Assembly: GCA_964016885.1 (NCBI GenBank)
Contig: OZ024741.1
Coordinates: 144,150,001-144,214,000 of the forward strand
Origin: Eledone cirrhosa
Lineage: Eukaryota
Reading direction: 5' to 3'
DNA: 64,000 bases
Below the pieces are notes generated by a model. The model was not told where the DNA came from. It searched no databases and worked only from the letters and a program-made list of their open reading frames with translations. Each line of letters opens with the position of its first letter. Positions within the stretch are counted from its first letter, which is position 1. The position numbers were made by a program, and so were the translations under genes. Below, in pieces: positions 36,085 to 48,612 of the stretch.

Positions 36085-37340
36085 ACAAAACAGAGGCTGT
36101 GAAAAGGTTGTGAGAAGGTTAAAATCTATGCTAAAAATAGATCTCCAGGATACCATGACAAAGCAAAGGCAAGAAAAAGCTCCTACCTGATAAATACCCG
36201 AAAAAGTTGAACAGAGAGGAAGTAGCCAAAGAAAATTCCGAACACTAGTTATGAAGCGTTGGACACAAAGCCGAAACAGAAAGCTTCTTATTTGCAGCCT
36301 TGGGTCAGGGTTAGGGTTAGGGTTAGGGTCAAAGCCTAATCACTAGAAACCACCAAAAGTATACAACGAAGCAGAGCGCATTAAAGTATCTGCAGATTAT
36401 GTGAGGATGAGGAAGAAACAATTAATTACATTGTCCCTGGCTGCCCAGTATTAGTAAAAGAAAGAAAGAATATATCTACAAACATGACAGAGTTGGGTTA
36501 TAGATACACTGGAAATTATGAAATATCTACAAAATACCTAGAATTATGAAATACCTACAAAAAAGAGTTGTTATATGCATACTCAAGAGGGATTTAAATA
36601 CACTGGAAGTTTTACCAGATTTATGAAATACCAACAGAAAAGATGTATAATACGTATACCCAAGACAGGCCCCAGAAAAGGACAAAACAACCATACTCTG
36701 GAATATTTCAATACACACAGAGAGATATCAAGACTAATTGACAAGATATTGTTGTCAAAGACAGTCGTAAAAAAAGAAATGCCTCTTAATCGACGTATCA
36801 ATCCCAACATATGATAACGTATATCTCACAGAAATGGAAAATCCAATTAAAATCCAAAAATAGAGATAACCAGAAACGATGTCTGAAATAATAGGTATCT
36901 TGGCAATTATTAAAACAATATTCAAACAAATACATAACTAACGCACCAAGATATACAAATATGCTATTGGGTTTCCGTCGCTTCCGGCGATGAATGTTCC
37001 AGTTGATCGAACAAACGGAACAGCATACCAGTGAAATTACCGTGAAAGTTACTGAGCATTCTACAGACACATGTACCCTTAACGTAAATCTGAGTGAGAT
37101 TCAGCATGATACAATGTTTTGAATTACAGGTACAACAATCTTTTGAACTACAGGTACAACTCATTTTTGCTAGCTGAATGAACTGGCGCAAAGAGATAAC
37201 GCGACGCCAGGAAACGAACTCACATTATTACGATCGTGAGCCGAACACCCCTAACCACTAAGCTTTCATATAGATATGTACAACATACAGGAAATAGTAC
37301 AACTAGGCACAGCGTCTATATTACGCAAAATACTTTTAAT
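36085..37340 (+). pseudogene. Decayed C-terminus of an RLE-type non-LTR retrotransposon (R4/Dong-like), interrupted by a SINE and TTAGGG repeats
   Basis: KAETESFLFAA, CRLCEDEEETINYIVPGCPVL..EYIYKHDRVG..IHWKL (CCHC + RHD-like), DIVVKD..IDVSIP (PD-D nuclease), IQEIVQLGTASILRKIL. Confidence 0.75.
36968..37264 (-). mobile_element. tRNA-headed SINE family S2
   Basis: Minus-strand head gcttagtggttagg..ttcggctcacgatcg..gagttcg; 3' module shared with S1; relative at 47430. Confidence 0.7.
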
Positions 37341-38507
37341 AAAATACAATGACTGTCTAAACACTTAAAAGTATTTAACCTTAATATCTCTCGAATGAAA
37401 ATTCAAATCCAGATAGGGTCAATAAAATAAATATTAATATATTACAGGATGGAGGAAGGTCAATGCAACGTTCTCACTCCAATGCACCCTTATATGCTTA
37501 TTTAAGAGTTGAGAATTGTAAGACCTGAAAATTGCCGTAAAGTAAGAATAACGGTATTCTCTCGACAAGGTAAATTCACACTCAGTCTCGAGTCCCGATC
37601 ATTGAAACTAATTCACTTACACCGATAATGTACCCGGAAAAGGCATGGGCATCTCCTATTCTTAATCTCATTTCCTAAAGCTTTTATGAACTTGTTCATA
37701 CTTTAAAAAAAATCAATCGATAACAGTCTTGCTAAATATCGCAGCCGATATTAACATTTACACTCTACTGATCATACCATGTTTGTTAATCTTTTAATAT
37801 CTTTAATACTCTGGTTCTAAATATGGTATCTGATACTGTCTAGCATTTTAGATTAAGACTACACGAAGCTGTCAATAAAATATTTCAATGAAATATTTTT
37901 GTTCTATGGGAATAAAATACAATATCACTGTTTCTACACTATTCGATAATCCTGATGGGATTTCTATATTTATTCTCTGTGGTTTAATTTGTATTTGAAG
38001 TTAGCCCAATCTTTAACATGCAGAACTGTTATCTGAATGATTAATCCTAGTGTTGCATTACATTACCCTGGCCAAGTTACTAAACTTTAAGTCAGGGATC
38101 TCCAAACCTTTTAGACAGATGACCCCTTCAAAAAATCCTTGACCATAGGCATGTAAAATAAAGTAAATAAATATATCAGTTAACTGAATATAAAATAAAT
38201 GTGTTGAGAGAGACAAGAAAAACTAGATCAGGGATCCTTTGAATTTATAGACCACAACAACCCCATCAGGGAAACGTTGAAACTCCACCTATCTCAGTCA
38301 TGTACAAAAATAAACAAGTAAATATATAACAACATATTGTAGTTTGCTTGAAGCATTGTATATAATATATAACGTGGAAAGTGATATAAGGCAAAACAAT
38401 GTAAAATGGACTGTCAGATGAAAGTAACGAAAAAGTAAATTACCTGGCAATCTTTGTTTTGTTTTGTTTTTTGTAGGAAATATATAGATTATAAAATATA
38501 GACAACA

Positions 38508-38700
38508 AAGACCAGAGCCTCGCGAGCTGGAATGGCTCCTCCAGCGCATCTCCCTTACCATCCTCCAGGGAAACGCCTTCTCCATTCTATCCGCCGGAGC
38601 TGTGGGGAGGCCAGCACATGGGACTCCATGTATTGCCTATGTTTTTACTATTCATTATTAACATTTGGATTCCTTTTTACATTGGCCTGGCAGAGTGTAA
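38508..38700 (+). pseudogene. 3' fragment of a CRE-like non-LTR retrotransposon
   Basis: Translation EPRELEWLLQRISLTILQGNAFSIL resembles the QR(I/L)S..(Q/R)GNA C-terminal motif of CRE-type elements. Confidence 0.5.
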
Positions 38701-39089
38701 CAAGGAGAACGCTTAATTCTACATGGTGGAAGCTGTAGCCTGACTGCGTCTCCGAAAGTGACTTCGAGGAGTTTAAGTCTGAGACATGTAGTCGAGGAGA
38801 TAGTGTCTATATATCAGAAAACTTTATAAGCAAGTTGTATTTGATTATTTTATGTATTATTTTATGTATTTTCATTTCTTGCACAAATATCAGGTAGTTC
38901 CATCGGCCCATGACGAAGAAGGTACAGAGATCAATAAGTAAATAAATATACATATTAGTAGACAGAATATATTAGTAAACAGAATATAAAAAGACGATAA
39001 AGACCAATTAAATATAAACCAGGAACCTGTATCAGCAAATTGTATTTTACTGTATCATTTCACATATTTTCATACAGATATATAATATG

Positions 39090-39448
39090 TAGATGCAGCA
39101 CAGAAAAATAGTTAAGCCGTTCGCTTCGTAATTATTGGGTTCCAGATTCGTTCCCAATGCGTGGCATCTTGAGCAATTATCGTTTACCACAGACAGGAGT
39201 CAACCCCCGCATTATGACTTCAATTGGATAGACGGAAACTGTTTGGAATCTTGTTGGATGGACTGCACCTATAATACAAAGGATCAGCCTTGTCACACAC
39301 TGTGTCATGGTGAATCATCTTGAGGATTACGTTAAGGGTACACGTGATTGTGGAATGCTCAACCACTTGCACGTCAATTTCATGAACAGGTGCTGTTGAT
39401 CGAACAACTAGAAAATTAATCGTCGAAACCAACGGAGGTCCATTCTAT
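39090..39448 (+). mobile_element. SINE family S1
   Basis: Homology to 3540-3890 over its whole length. Confidence 0.7.
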
Positions 39449-39730
39449 AGATAAACACCAGGTTTTGGCCCCAAACCTCAACCAACTCCTTGGATAGTCT
39501 CATAAGGATCGATATTGATCACTTTGGGGACTCTTGCTTTCAGTGAACCAGTCCATCTAGTTAAAAGAAATCACTGATGAGTGAGTCGCTATAAGGATAC
39601 TGGAGGTACGTGTTCTGCTGTTGGTGTTCCTCAGAGCTACGTATTACCAAATATACTATACATACATTCATGTATACATCGCTATTTCAGAGCACCAATC
39701 CTAATTTTTTATTTTTATACTATACATACA

Positions 39731-39785
<55 letters not shown>

Positions 39786-39794
39786 CCAAGATTT

Positions 39795-39990
39795 CTTGGT
39801 GAGGAGGGTGACTTTGGACATCCTGCAGGACTAAAAACAAAACCTGTCAAAGGGCAAAGGAGCTCTTAAGAGTCAATGGCCATCCAAAATCACCGGGGGA
39901 GATGACCCCTTAGCCTTTGTCAAGGCAGAATTCTAGGAGAAGGAAAACTCTGATATAACACCTGCAACCCTGATGGTATCCAATGATGTT
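39795..39990 (+). mobile_element. RTE-type 5'UTR fragment
   Basis: cttggtgaggagggtga..catcctg..aaaaacaaa.cctg.caaagggca matches 17609-17697; followed by ctaggagaaggaaaactctga. Confidence 0.6.
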
Positions 39991-40347
39991 GACTCGTTCT
40001 TCTTTTTGGTAAATATCATCTTGGTTAAGAGAGTGGGACTGGCTTTGTGCAGTGCCTTTGCTCACTATAAAAGCTTCACGGCACAGGCATTGCTTTATAT
40101 CTGGAGATCTCTCTGCATTTGTTGTCACATGGTACCATGGGCCCAGCACTATGTGTCAATAGTTGTCACAAATGTAGTGTTTGTACCAGAGTTTTCAAGT
40201 CGCTGGCTGGACTAAAAAGTCGCACTCGTTCAGCGCATCGGTAGGGGTTCTCCTACATGGATATAAAGTAGTGGCCGTACTCGAAAACGAGTTGGCAGCC
40301 ACCATATATATATATACATATATATATATAATGTATGAATGTATAGA

Positions 40348-40404
<57 letters not shown>

Positions 40405-40408
<4 letters not shown>

Positions 40409-40860
40409 GATTGATGCTCTGAGATAGTGATGTATACATGAATGTATATATAATATATTTGGCAATATACCGTATGTTTAATTAAAAATATTTTGAAGTC
40501 CTTGCGCTATCATTTTAAAGAAGTGACTATGTCACTTCTTTTTTCGGCAAAATGTTTTTAATTAAACATACGGTATATTGCCAAATATACTATACATACA
40601 TTCATGTATACATCGCTATTTCAGAGCTCATATCCTAATTTTTAATTTTTGCTGGACCGGCAATCGCTTTGTATAATCAGTTCCTGATTAATACTGGAAT
40701 TCTATAAGAATGGAGCCTCTATATTTTCGGCAGAGGAGGGGAGTACATTGCTCTGAGGAACACCAACACCAACACCAATAGTGTGAAACAGAATCTGTCA
40801 GCTTCTCTCCCTTCGTTTGCCGAAAAAAGAAGTGACATAGTCACTACTTTAAAATGATAT
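40405..40860. mobile_element. Hammerhead-bearing non-coding repeat (family H1, ~325-nt unit): plus-strand unit with an inverted, permuted segment
   Basis: 40405-40550 is the reverse complement of the unit's end+start junction. Partial copy at 39600-39715; decayed relative at 47030-47400. Confidence 0.7.
40750..40802 (+). ncRNA. Type I hammerhead ribozyme (H1)
   Basis: gct-CTGAGGA-acac[17nt]gtgt-GAAA-cagaatctg-TC-agc: all three stems pair. Confidence 0.8.
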
Positions 40861-40864
40861 ACAT

Positions 40865-40866
40865 TC

Positions 40867-40925
<59 letters not shown>

Positions 40926-40949
40926 GATATAATATATATATGTAATATG

Positions 40950-40991
<42 letters not shown>

Positions 40992-41015
40992 GATATAATA
41001 TATATATGTAATATG

Positions 41016-41057
<42 letters not shown>

Positions 41058-41081
41058 GATATAATATATATATGTAATATG

Positions 41082-41138
<57 letters not shown>

Positions 41139-41140
41139 AT
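40865..41140. repeat. (TA)n with an embedded ~65-bp unit x3
   Basis: aatatgatataatatatatatgtaatatgatataat recurs three times. Confidence 0.85.
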
Positions 41141-41243
41141 ATGTGTGTGTGTGTGTGTAAAAGGTAAACAGAAATAACAACACAAACGGTACAGTATATG
41201 GAAGGAATATATTAGTTTAACGCTTGAAATAGCAGGAACAGGA

Positions 41244-41279
41244 TCGTAACCTTCCGGACACTAGTCCTTCATCAGAAAA
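41244..41279 (-). ncRNA. Decayed minimal hammerhead (H5)
   Basis: CTGATGA-a-ggac-tagt-gtcc-GGAA-ggtt; core GAAA mutated. Confidence 0.5.
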
Positions 41280-41619
41280 AAGAATGAGAAATTAGAAACA
41301 ATCGAAGGGACGGACAGAGTGCGGAATCGGAAAAAATATTTTTAGAGAAAAATAAGAGGACCATTCATGTTGCCATCTCTTGACGCCGGTGTTGGGAAAC
41401 GAACTGTTGACTTTTCGTCTAGTTGTTTGCTTCTGGTAGATTAAAATACATAAATCCACATCAAGAATATGTAAGATAAAGGGTCCTTAATTCCTGGTGA
41501 ATCGTAGCTGTTTTGACACACGTGTTTGGGCATTTAAAACCTGGCAGGTTTCCTGCCTCTTTAGGTCTGAAGATTATCGATTCCTTTCAAAGAAAGAAAG
41601 AGAAAGAATCGATCTAGTA

Positions 41620-41765
41620 TTGGCTTGGTACTTTATTTATCAACCTTGAAAGAATCCAAAGAAATGTTGACACCAGTGAGATTTTAACTCCAAAGGCGGG
41701 GAACCGAAACAAATGTTGTGACATTTTTAATCTGTCGCCCTACTGACTCTGCCAATTTGCCGCCT
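41620..41765 (-). mobile_element. SINE family S3
   Basis: Same motif set. Confidence 0.6.
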
Positions 41766-41886
41766 TACATCAAAAATAAATAATAATAAAAATGATACTA
41801 TTCGTCACCGTCTTGGTGGAACTAACAAGTCCATTTCTTCAGTACGTAATTTATGTGAATAAGCACTCACTTCTCAGTTTAACTGT

Positions 41887-41964
<78 letters not shown>

Positions 41965-41965
41965 T

Positions 41966-42004
<39 letters not shown>

Positions 42005-43463
42005 AGGGAGAGTTAACGGGTTAGAAAATGGAGACAGTGAATGATAGAAATTGTCAATTAACTTGTTTACAAATAAATTGACCAATGAAGTAATCTAAGC
42101 ATCTAAACGTCTTTCATTAATTTCTTTTAATTTACGACTACTTTCTTTCAAAACAATCACCACTAATTTAGTACCACCATCCCCACCACCACTTTATCTC
42201 CCTTAGCCACATATACACTCCACACACTACAGAAAACGATCATCTCAAATTCCTCTAATGCTAAGTTTTGTTAATTTGTTAATTTGACAAATGATATTAA
42301 TCAATAAGGAAAGAAGCAAAATATGTCTTCATGGCTTTTATCTTTTCAAGGCTATTTGTAGCACATGTGAGCCTAATCAACAACAAAAACAACAACTACA
42401 TATATTGGAATAACAATATAGCATTAGATTTAATCAATATATTTGGATTAATCCTCAAGAATGCTGGGTCATGTAGAAATGTTTAGGATGGTATTGGACG
42501 TTAAATTCCAGAAGAAAATTGTATTAAATGACTTCTACCAGAGATTGAAACCGTTTCACTGTCTCTCAGATGGTTGAGAGATTACCTCTTCTACAACGTG
42601 TGAAATGTGTCACTAATGTTGAATTAAGTTGAATTAATTAGAAAATGTCTTTTCAACGAAACCGAAGAATTTACTCCACATGAAATAATTACCAATTATT
42701 AAATTCCATTATGACGCCAACATTATAAAAGAATAAATAAAAAAAAACATAACAACACCTCCTCCCACAAAATGCCCCAACAAAATCACAAACAACAAAA
42801 ACGTTAATTTGTTGTTACGTCATGTTGACGTCAACCAATGAGATTGTTAGATGCTGGATACAATGGTTAATGACTTTATATAGATCAACGAGAAAAATAA
42901 CTACAGATATTGAATGGAAAAACCCGTACAAACAAATAAAATAAACAAAAATACAACAATAAAACACTGCAACCATTATCAGAGAAAATGCATTCCTTAG
43001 AGGCATTGATTATTAAGAAAAGAAATATTAAAAAAAATAATTATCTGAAATAGAAAATTGTTATTAAAGTTTTAATAATTAATGTTTAGTGACGTCAGAA
43101 AATAGATTTTATTTTTAATTAACTCAAGTTGAAATTAATAAATGGTAACAGATTTCATTTTGCTTCAATTTTAAATGTAACTTTATTAATTTTATTAATG
43201 CTGTCAATAACGGTATTCTTTTATTCTTTTATTTGTTCACATATTTCAGTCATTAGCCTGCGTCCATGTAGGGGCACCGCCTTGATTTAGTCGATCATAT
43301 CAACCCCAGTACTTATATTTTTGAAGTCTGGTACTTATTTTATTGATCTATTTTTGTTGAACTACTAAGTTTCGGTTATAAAAACATACATAGGTAAACA
43401 TAAATACACAAGTGCACGCAACAACAATACACATACATATGTATGTATATTTATAGGAAAAGT

Positions 43464-43556
43464 TTCAGGACCCCGACGGCTGAGCTCCGGCCATTTCGAC
43501 AGCTAGATCGGATCTATCTGTCGAAACGGCCGGAGCTCAGCCGTCGGGGTCCTGAA
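43464..43556. repeat. ~93-bp near-perfect palindrome (family P)
   Basis: ttcaggaccccgacggctgagctccggcc...ggccggagctcagccgtcggggtcctgaa. Confidence 0.92.
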
Positions 43557-43648
43557 TATTTTCATATTACCCACTCTACTACACCAAGTATCGAGTACTC
43601 TGGTGCGTTATGGTCTACCTGGTATCTTACCACACCGTTCTTTGTTAT

Positions 43649-43760
<112 letters not shown>

Positions 43761-43955
43761 TTATTTAGGTTTGTTGGTTCACCACTGGATAGAACTGGTC
43801 ATTCCGTATGGTCAATCTCGATTTAATATTATGGAGAGCACTCAACGTAATGCAACTCACCCGTCTTCGTTTGTGTAGTTGGTGGTACGAGTACGGAGTT
43901 AATTATTATAAAATAACAGGAGGCTGGACTGGTGTAAATCCTTGAAAGGTTTATT

Positions 43956-44013
43956 ATACTATGATCATTTCAATGACCGGGTTCAGTATGAATCCGATGA
44001 CATCATCAGGTAT
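43956..44013 (-). ncRNA. Type I hammerhead ribozyme (H6)
   Basis: atac-CTGATGA-[hairpin cggattca/tgaacccg]-GAAA-tgatca-TA-gtat; palindromic stem III. Confidence 0.75.
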
Positions 44014-44600
44014 TCAAAATATAACAAAGGAATATAACCTATAAAATCCATGGGTGTGTGTGTAGCGAAATCCTATCTTGCTATGTACGAAAATGCTGCG
44101 TAGTTTTGTATCATTTGATATTCGTAATTTCTTACGAAAATTCACCATGACGTCATTCTCAGCCACTTAATGGCAAACGAGACAGCAGCAAGCCTCTTTC
44201 TTCGACTTGTGTAACGACACAATGTTTACCCATGTGTACAAGCCGACTGGCCATTTCGAATGTTCTATTTCCCTCCTCTCTGACATTTTTTCACACACAT
44301 CCTTAAACCTATCTCTCTTTATAAATAGCATGTACGGTACAACATATTTTTCACTTCAACAACCTGTAATTAGACCTAAAAATATTCATTCCAAAGAAAA
44401 TACTTTCTATGAACTCCATGTTAATATAATGTTAATATGATTTTGCAGTATTCCATGGTTATAAATAAGTATTTCAAGAGCAGTTTTGTTTCCTTTATGG
44501 TCGTTATTCACACAATACTAATGCATTTGGGAAATAGACTCCCCATGCTTCAACTACTTCGTAACAACCACTATCAATCACAAGGAAAACATGTTAATAC

Positions 44601-44674
<74 letters not shown>

Positions 44675-44708
44675 ATATTTTATCTTGTGATTCTATAGAC
44701 ATGTTTTA

Positions 44709-44792
<84 letters not shown>

Positions 44793-45035
44793 ATACTTGG
44801 GGAGGGTCATATTTGTGTAATATTGCCAGAATTAATAACAGAACACACTCACTGTTTGGTTGGTTTTCGCTTTTCGCTTCTGTGTCTTTTATATCGGCAA
44901 TCTAATATACTCGGTCCTCAATGTTGCCATTGACTGACCGACGGTCAAAAATAGTACAGATACAATATAGACACAAACACATATATATAGTTTATCATAA
45001 ATCTTTCGTTGCACATCTGCAACATATAGTATATA

Positions 45036-45091
<56 letters not shown>

Positions 45092-45380
45092 CACATACAT
45101 ACATACATACATATATATATATATCCGAAATAAATTAAATTAAATTAAATTAAGGGAGTCATGTCCGAGACATGCGCCATATCCTCCGTAGAATAAGCTC
45201 AAAGATTCCAATGAATAGATCCGAGCATTTTATATCAACTAGAAATTGATTGACATACATATATATTTAAAATAAACACATGAAACAATCACAGAGGATA
45301 ATTTGTAAAGTGTGTAATCACACATAGCTAGGTAGGTAACTAATTAAAGTTTAACTAGAGCTTCAAATATTACCTTTTAA

Positions 45381-45421
<41 letters not shown>

Positions 45422-45626
45422 TTGAGCACTCTACAGTTTTCAGGAATTTAATTATATATATATATATATATATATTAATAAGAAGTTGACGGACCTAGCA
45501 TAGGTATCAATTCTAGGACCGGTTGCATCTCAGTGTACTCAATAGGTAATGTTAAATACATTCCCAGAGTATACACATAGTTATTCGCTTCAATACAATA
45601 CACGTAAACGGGTACCTATAGTAGTT

Positions 45627-45712
45627 CCCGAACTCGAGTTTCTGCCACACTTTATGCAGCAGCATATATTATGCAACAATGCATAATCGGCGCATGTGGC
45701 TCCATCAGCAGG
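45627..45712 (-). ncRNA. Hammerhead ribozyme with core variant CTGATGG (H7)
   Basis: cctg-CTGATGG-a-gccacat...gtgtggc-a-GAAA-ctcgag-TT-cggg. Confidence 0.6.
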
Positions 45713-45907
45713 TTTCACCTAATCAATAACCAATCGATCGACAGAATTCGACTTCAGTCCGTGCCGGCTATGACTGATTGTGACGGCCAACACAGTAAAG
45801 TGATTAGCAACTGGGATCTGATACAATACCGTCCCCCGACCGGCCACCGATTTATAAATTTACGTGATGGCAGGAGATTAGAAATCAAATATATATATAT
45901 ATTAGAA

Positions 45908-46641
45908 GATTAGAAGAAGAAATAGTATATATTTTAATATCTGATTGATTCTATAGACATGATTTATGATATAATGTTCTGATCTTTTGATTTTAATTTA
46001 TTAATTCTTCATTGAGCTTAAAAGTGAACAGTTGCAATATATATATATCTTTAATTTAATTTTATGTATATGATAACCTTTATATTTAATAATCTCCCAA
46101 TTGGTTGAGATTAAATTTGGCGATATATGGCTGCGCTTTCTAGCAGCAAGCCTACCCGCCGTAAGCAACCAATCACACGCTATCTCTCTGGCTGGTACAC
46201 AGCTACATAGCGATCTTAGCCATTTTTGAATCTAATTTTGGCGCGGTCGGTTTGAGAAACTAAATGTCTTATTTTGAGTTTATCTCCTGATGAAACCTAA
46301 CTCTGGAATTCCATATTATTTGGATGTCCTAAATAAGGAAGAAACCATGGTAGAGATATAATTACGGTATGTGCGCATTTCTTCTAAGTTTAATTTTACT
46401 ACTAATTATGTGTGGTTGATAGTATATTTGATCGGATTCCGCATGCTGCCGAAATGTTTGATAAATAGTGGAACGGAGCCGCCGCGAAGAGGCTACAATC
46501 AATTGCTTGTCAGAGATTTCCCCGTAAGAAAATTTATTCTTAAAGCTTGCTAGATTTGATTTTGTATATGGTTAATTATGCTGATTAGAAGAAGAAATAG
46601 TATATATTTTAATATCTGATTGATTCTATAGACATGATTTA

Positions 46642-46647
<6 letters not shown>
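45908..46647 (+). mobile_element. Hammerhead-bearing repeat family H2: 1.1 tandem units of 675 nt
   Basis: ~65-bp direct repeats at 45908 and 46583 flank a unit with one hammerhead; permuted inverse copy at 54721-55371. Confidence 0.8.
46282..46357 (+). ncRNA. Type I hammerhead ribozyme (H2)
   Basis: atctc-CTGATGA-[47 nt stem II]-GAAA-ccatgg-TA-gagat. Confidence 0.8.
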
Positions 46648-46688
<41 letters not shown>

Positions 46689-47429
46689 TACTTTGGGAGG
46701 GTCATGCTGCCAATAAAAACACACGCACCTGTTTGTTTTCACTTCAATTTATTATGTTTCCGGTTGGTTGGTTCGTTCGATAACGGGAAGATTAGTTATT
46801 TGGTCACACATTCTGTGACCTTCTCAGCGACTAGGTTTTTATTTTGTGTCTCTCCTTTGTTCTGTCCTACACCACCTTGTTTTTGTGTGTAGTGTGTTCT
46901 GTCCTACACATCCTTAAACCTCTCTTGTGTGTGAAAAAAATGTCAGAGAGTACGGAAATAGAACCGTGGAAATGGCCAGTCACAGCTTGCATATATATAT
47001 ATATATATATATGAATGTACGTATTGTATATTTAATAATATACTGTATGTTTATTAAAAAAAACATTTTGTAGGCCTTTCGCTATGAATTTAAGGTAGTG
47101 ACCATAGTCACATACCAAGCTTCAGCAAAAACAAAGGGGAACAACAGACGCGTTTCTTGCTGTTTAGCGGTTATCAAGGTTATATACCACTCTCTGTTTT
47201 TACTGTGAGCTGTAGAAGCTGGATTCCTATAGAATACCAATTATGTTTATGAGCTGTCGATAAAATAAAGTACCAGTAATGTACTGGTAATTGCTGGCCT
47301 TGTGCCAAAAATAGAAACAATTATGTTTATGGGCTGTTTAAACTCATTAACATACAGAGCTGTTGCCGGCCCAGCAACAATTAGAAATATATATAATGGA
47401 ATTTTTGTTTATACTATATATTAAACTGA

Positions 47430-47703
47430 AGGTGTGTGACTTAGTAGTTTAGGTATTCGGCTGACGATATTGATTTAGATTCCTAGCGGCGCACTGTGCT
47501 CTTGTGCAAGACACTTCATTTTCATGTTCCACTCAGCTGGACAATAGTTGCACCTATAATTCAAAGAACCGGCCTTATCCCACCCGGTATCACACCAAAT
47601 CTCTCTGTTAACTATGTTAGGTGTATACTTGTTTTGGGAATGTTCCGTCAATTAAACGTCAATTTCAAACTATAGCACCCTTCGTCGGAACTGATGGAGC
47701 CCC
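47430..47703 (+). mobile_element. SINE family S2 (decayed)
   Basis: Head gtgacttagtagtttaggtattcggc, body gcaagacacttcatttt..ccactcagctgg, shared 3' module. Confidence 0.6.
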
Positions 47704-48612
47704 GGTGCATTTTCCTTCCCTTTTCTTTTAATGGTTGTATTCATTAGATTATGTACATGCTGGGTTCCCACCTTGATTTTGTCGATCATATTGACCTCAG
47801 TACTTATTTCCTTACCTATCTGCAACCTATTTTATCGATCTCTTTCGAGCCACTACATTATAGTATATAGACAAAACGTAAACGTAAACACGGACACGGA
47901 TACATATACAAACACAGACACACACTGACCCCCTCCCACACCTACACACTCACACACACACACCTACACACTCACACACACACACACTCACACAAGCACA
48001 AGGAAACGGACACACAAATGTGCCTACACTCTCCAAAAACTATTTGTTTTGATGAAAATATTAGGATTAAACGGTCAACATATAATGTTTTCTCATTAAA
48101 GTTTTTTTTCAATAGAATTTTATTTATGCAGGTATATAAAGTCAATTTAAAATCCAGCATAGCAACAAAGAGTCTATTGAAAATGTTCTCTGTTGCTTAG
48201 AAATGTTATATTTACCTGTGCTATAAATAATATGTAATATTTACTGTTCCCAAACCACAGAATTATGTTAGCATCAGACAGTTTTGAAGCTTATTATCTT
48301 TCATTTATGTCGAGTTGGCCGTATTTCAGTTGAGCTTCCTGCAAACAACTTTCACTATGGAGTTATGACTTCGAAATTCTTTTAGAGCAAATGTACATTC
48401 TTTGATAACTTTGATAACTTTGAGAGGTTTCGGCCAGTGTTTGGTCCAGGCCATGTTTAACTTAATAGCGTAATATGGAGAATATAGATTACCTCCTCCT
48501 CCTCCTCCTCCTCCTCATCATCATCATCATCATCGTCCTTCTCCTCGTCCTCACCACCATGACTATCATCATGATCACCCCCCCCACCCATCACGACCAT
48601 CATCATCATCAC

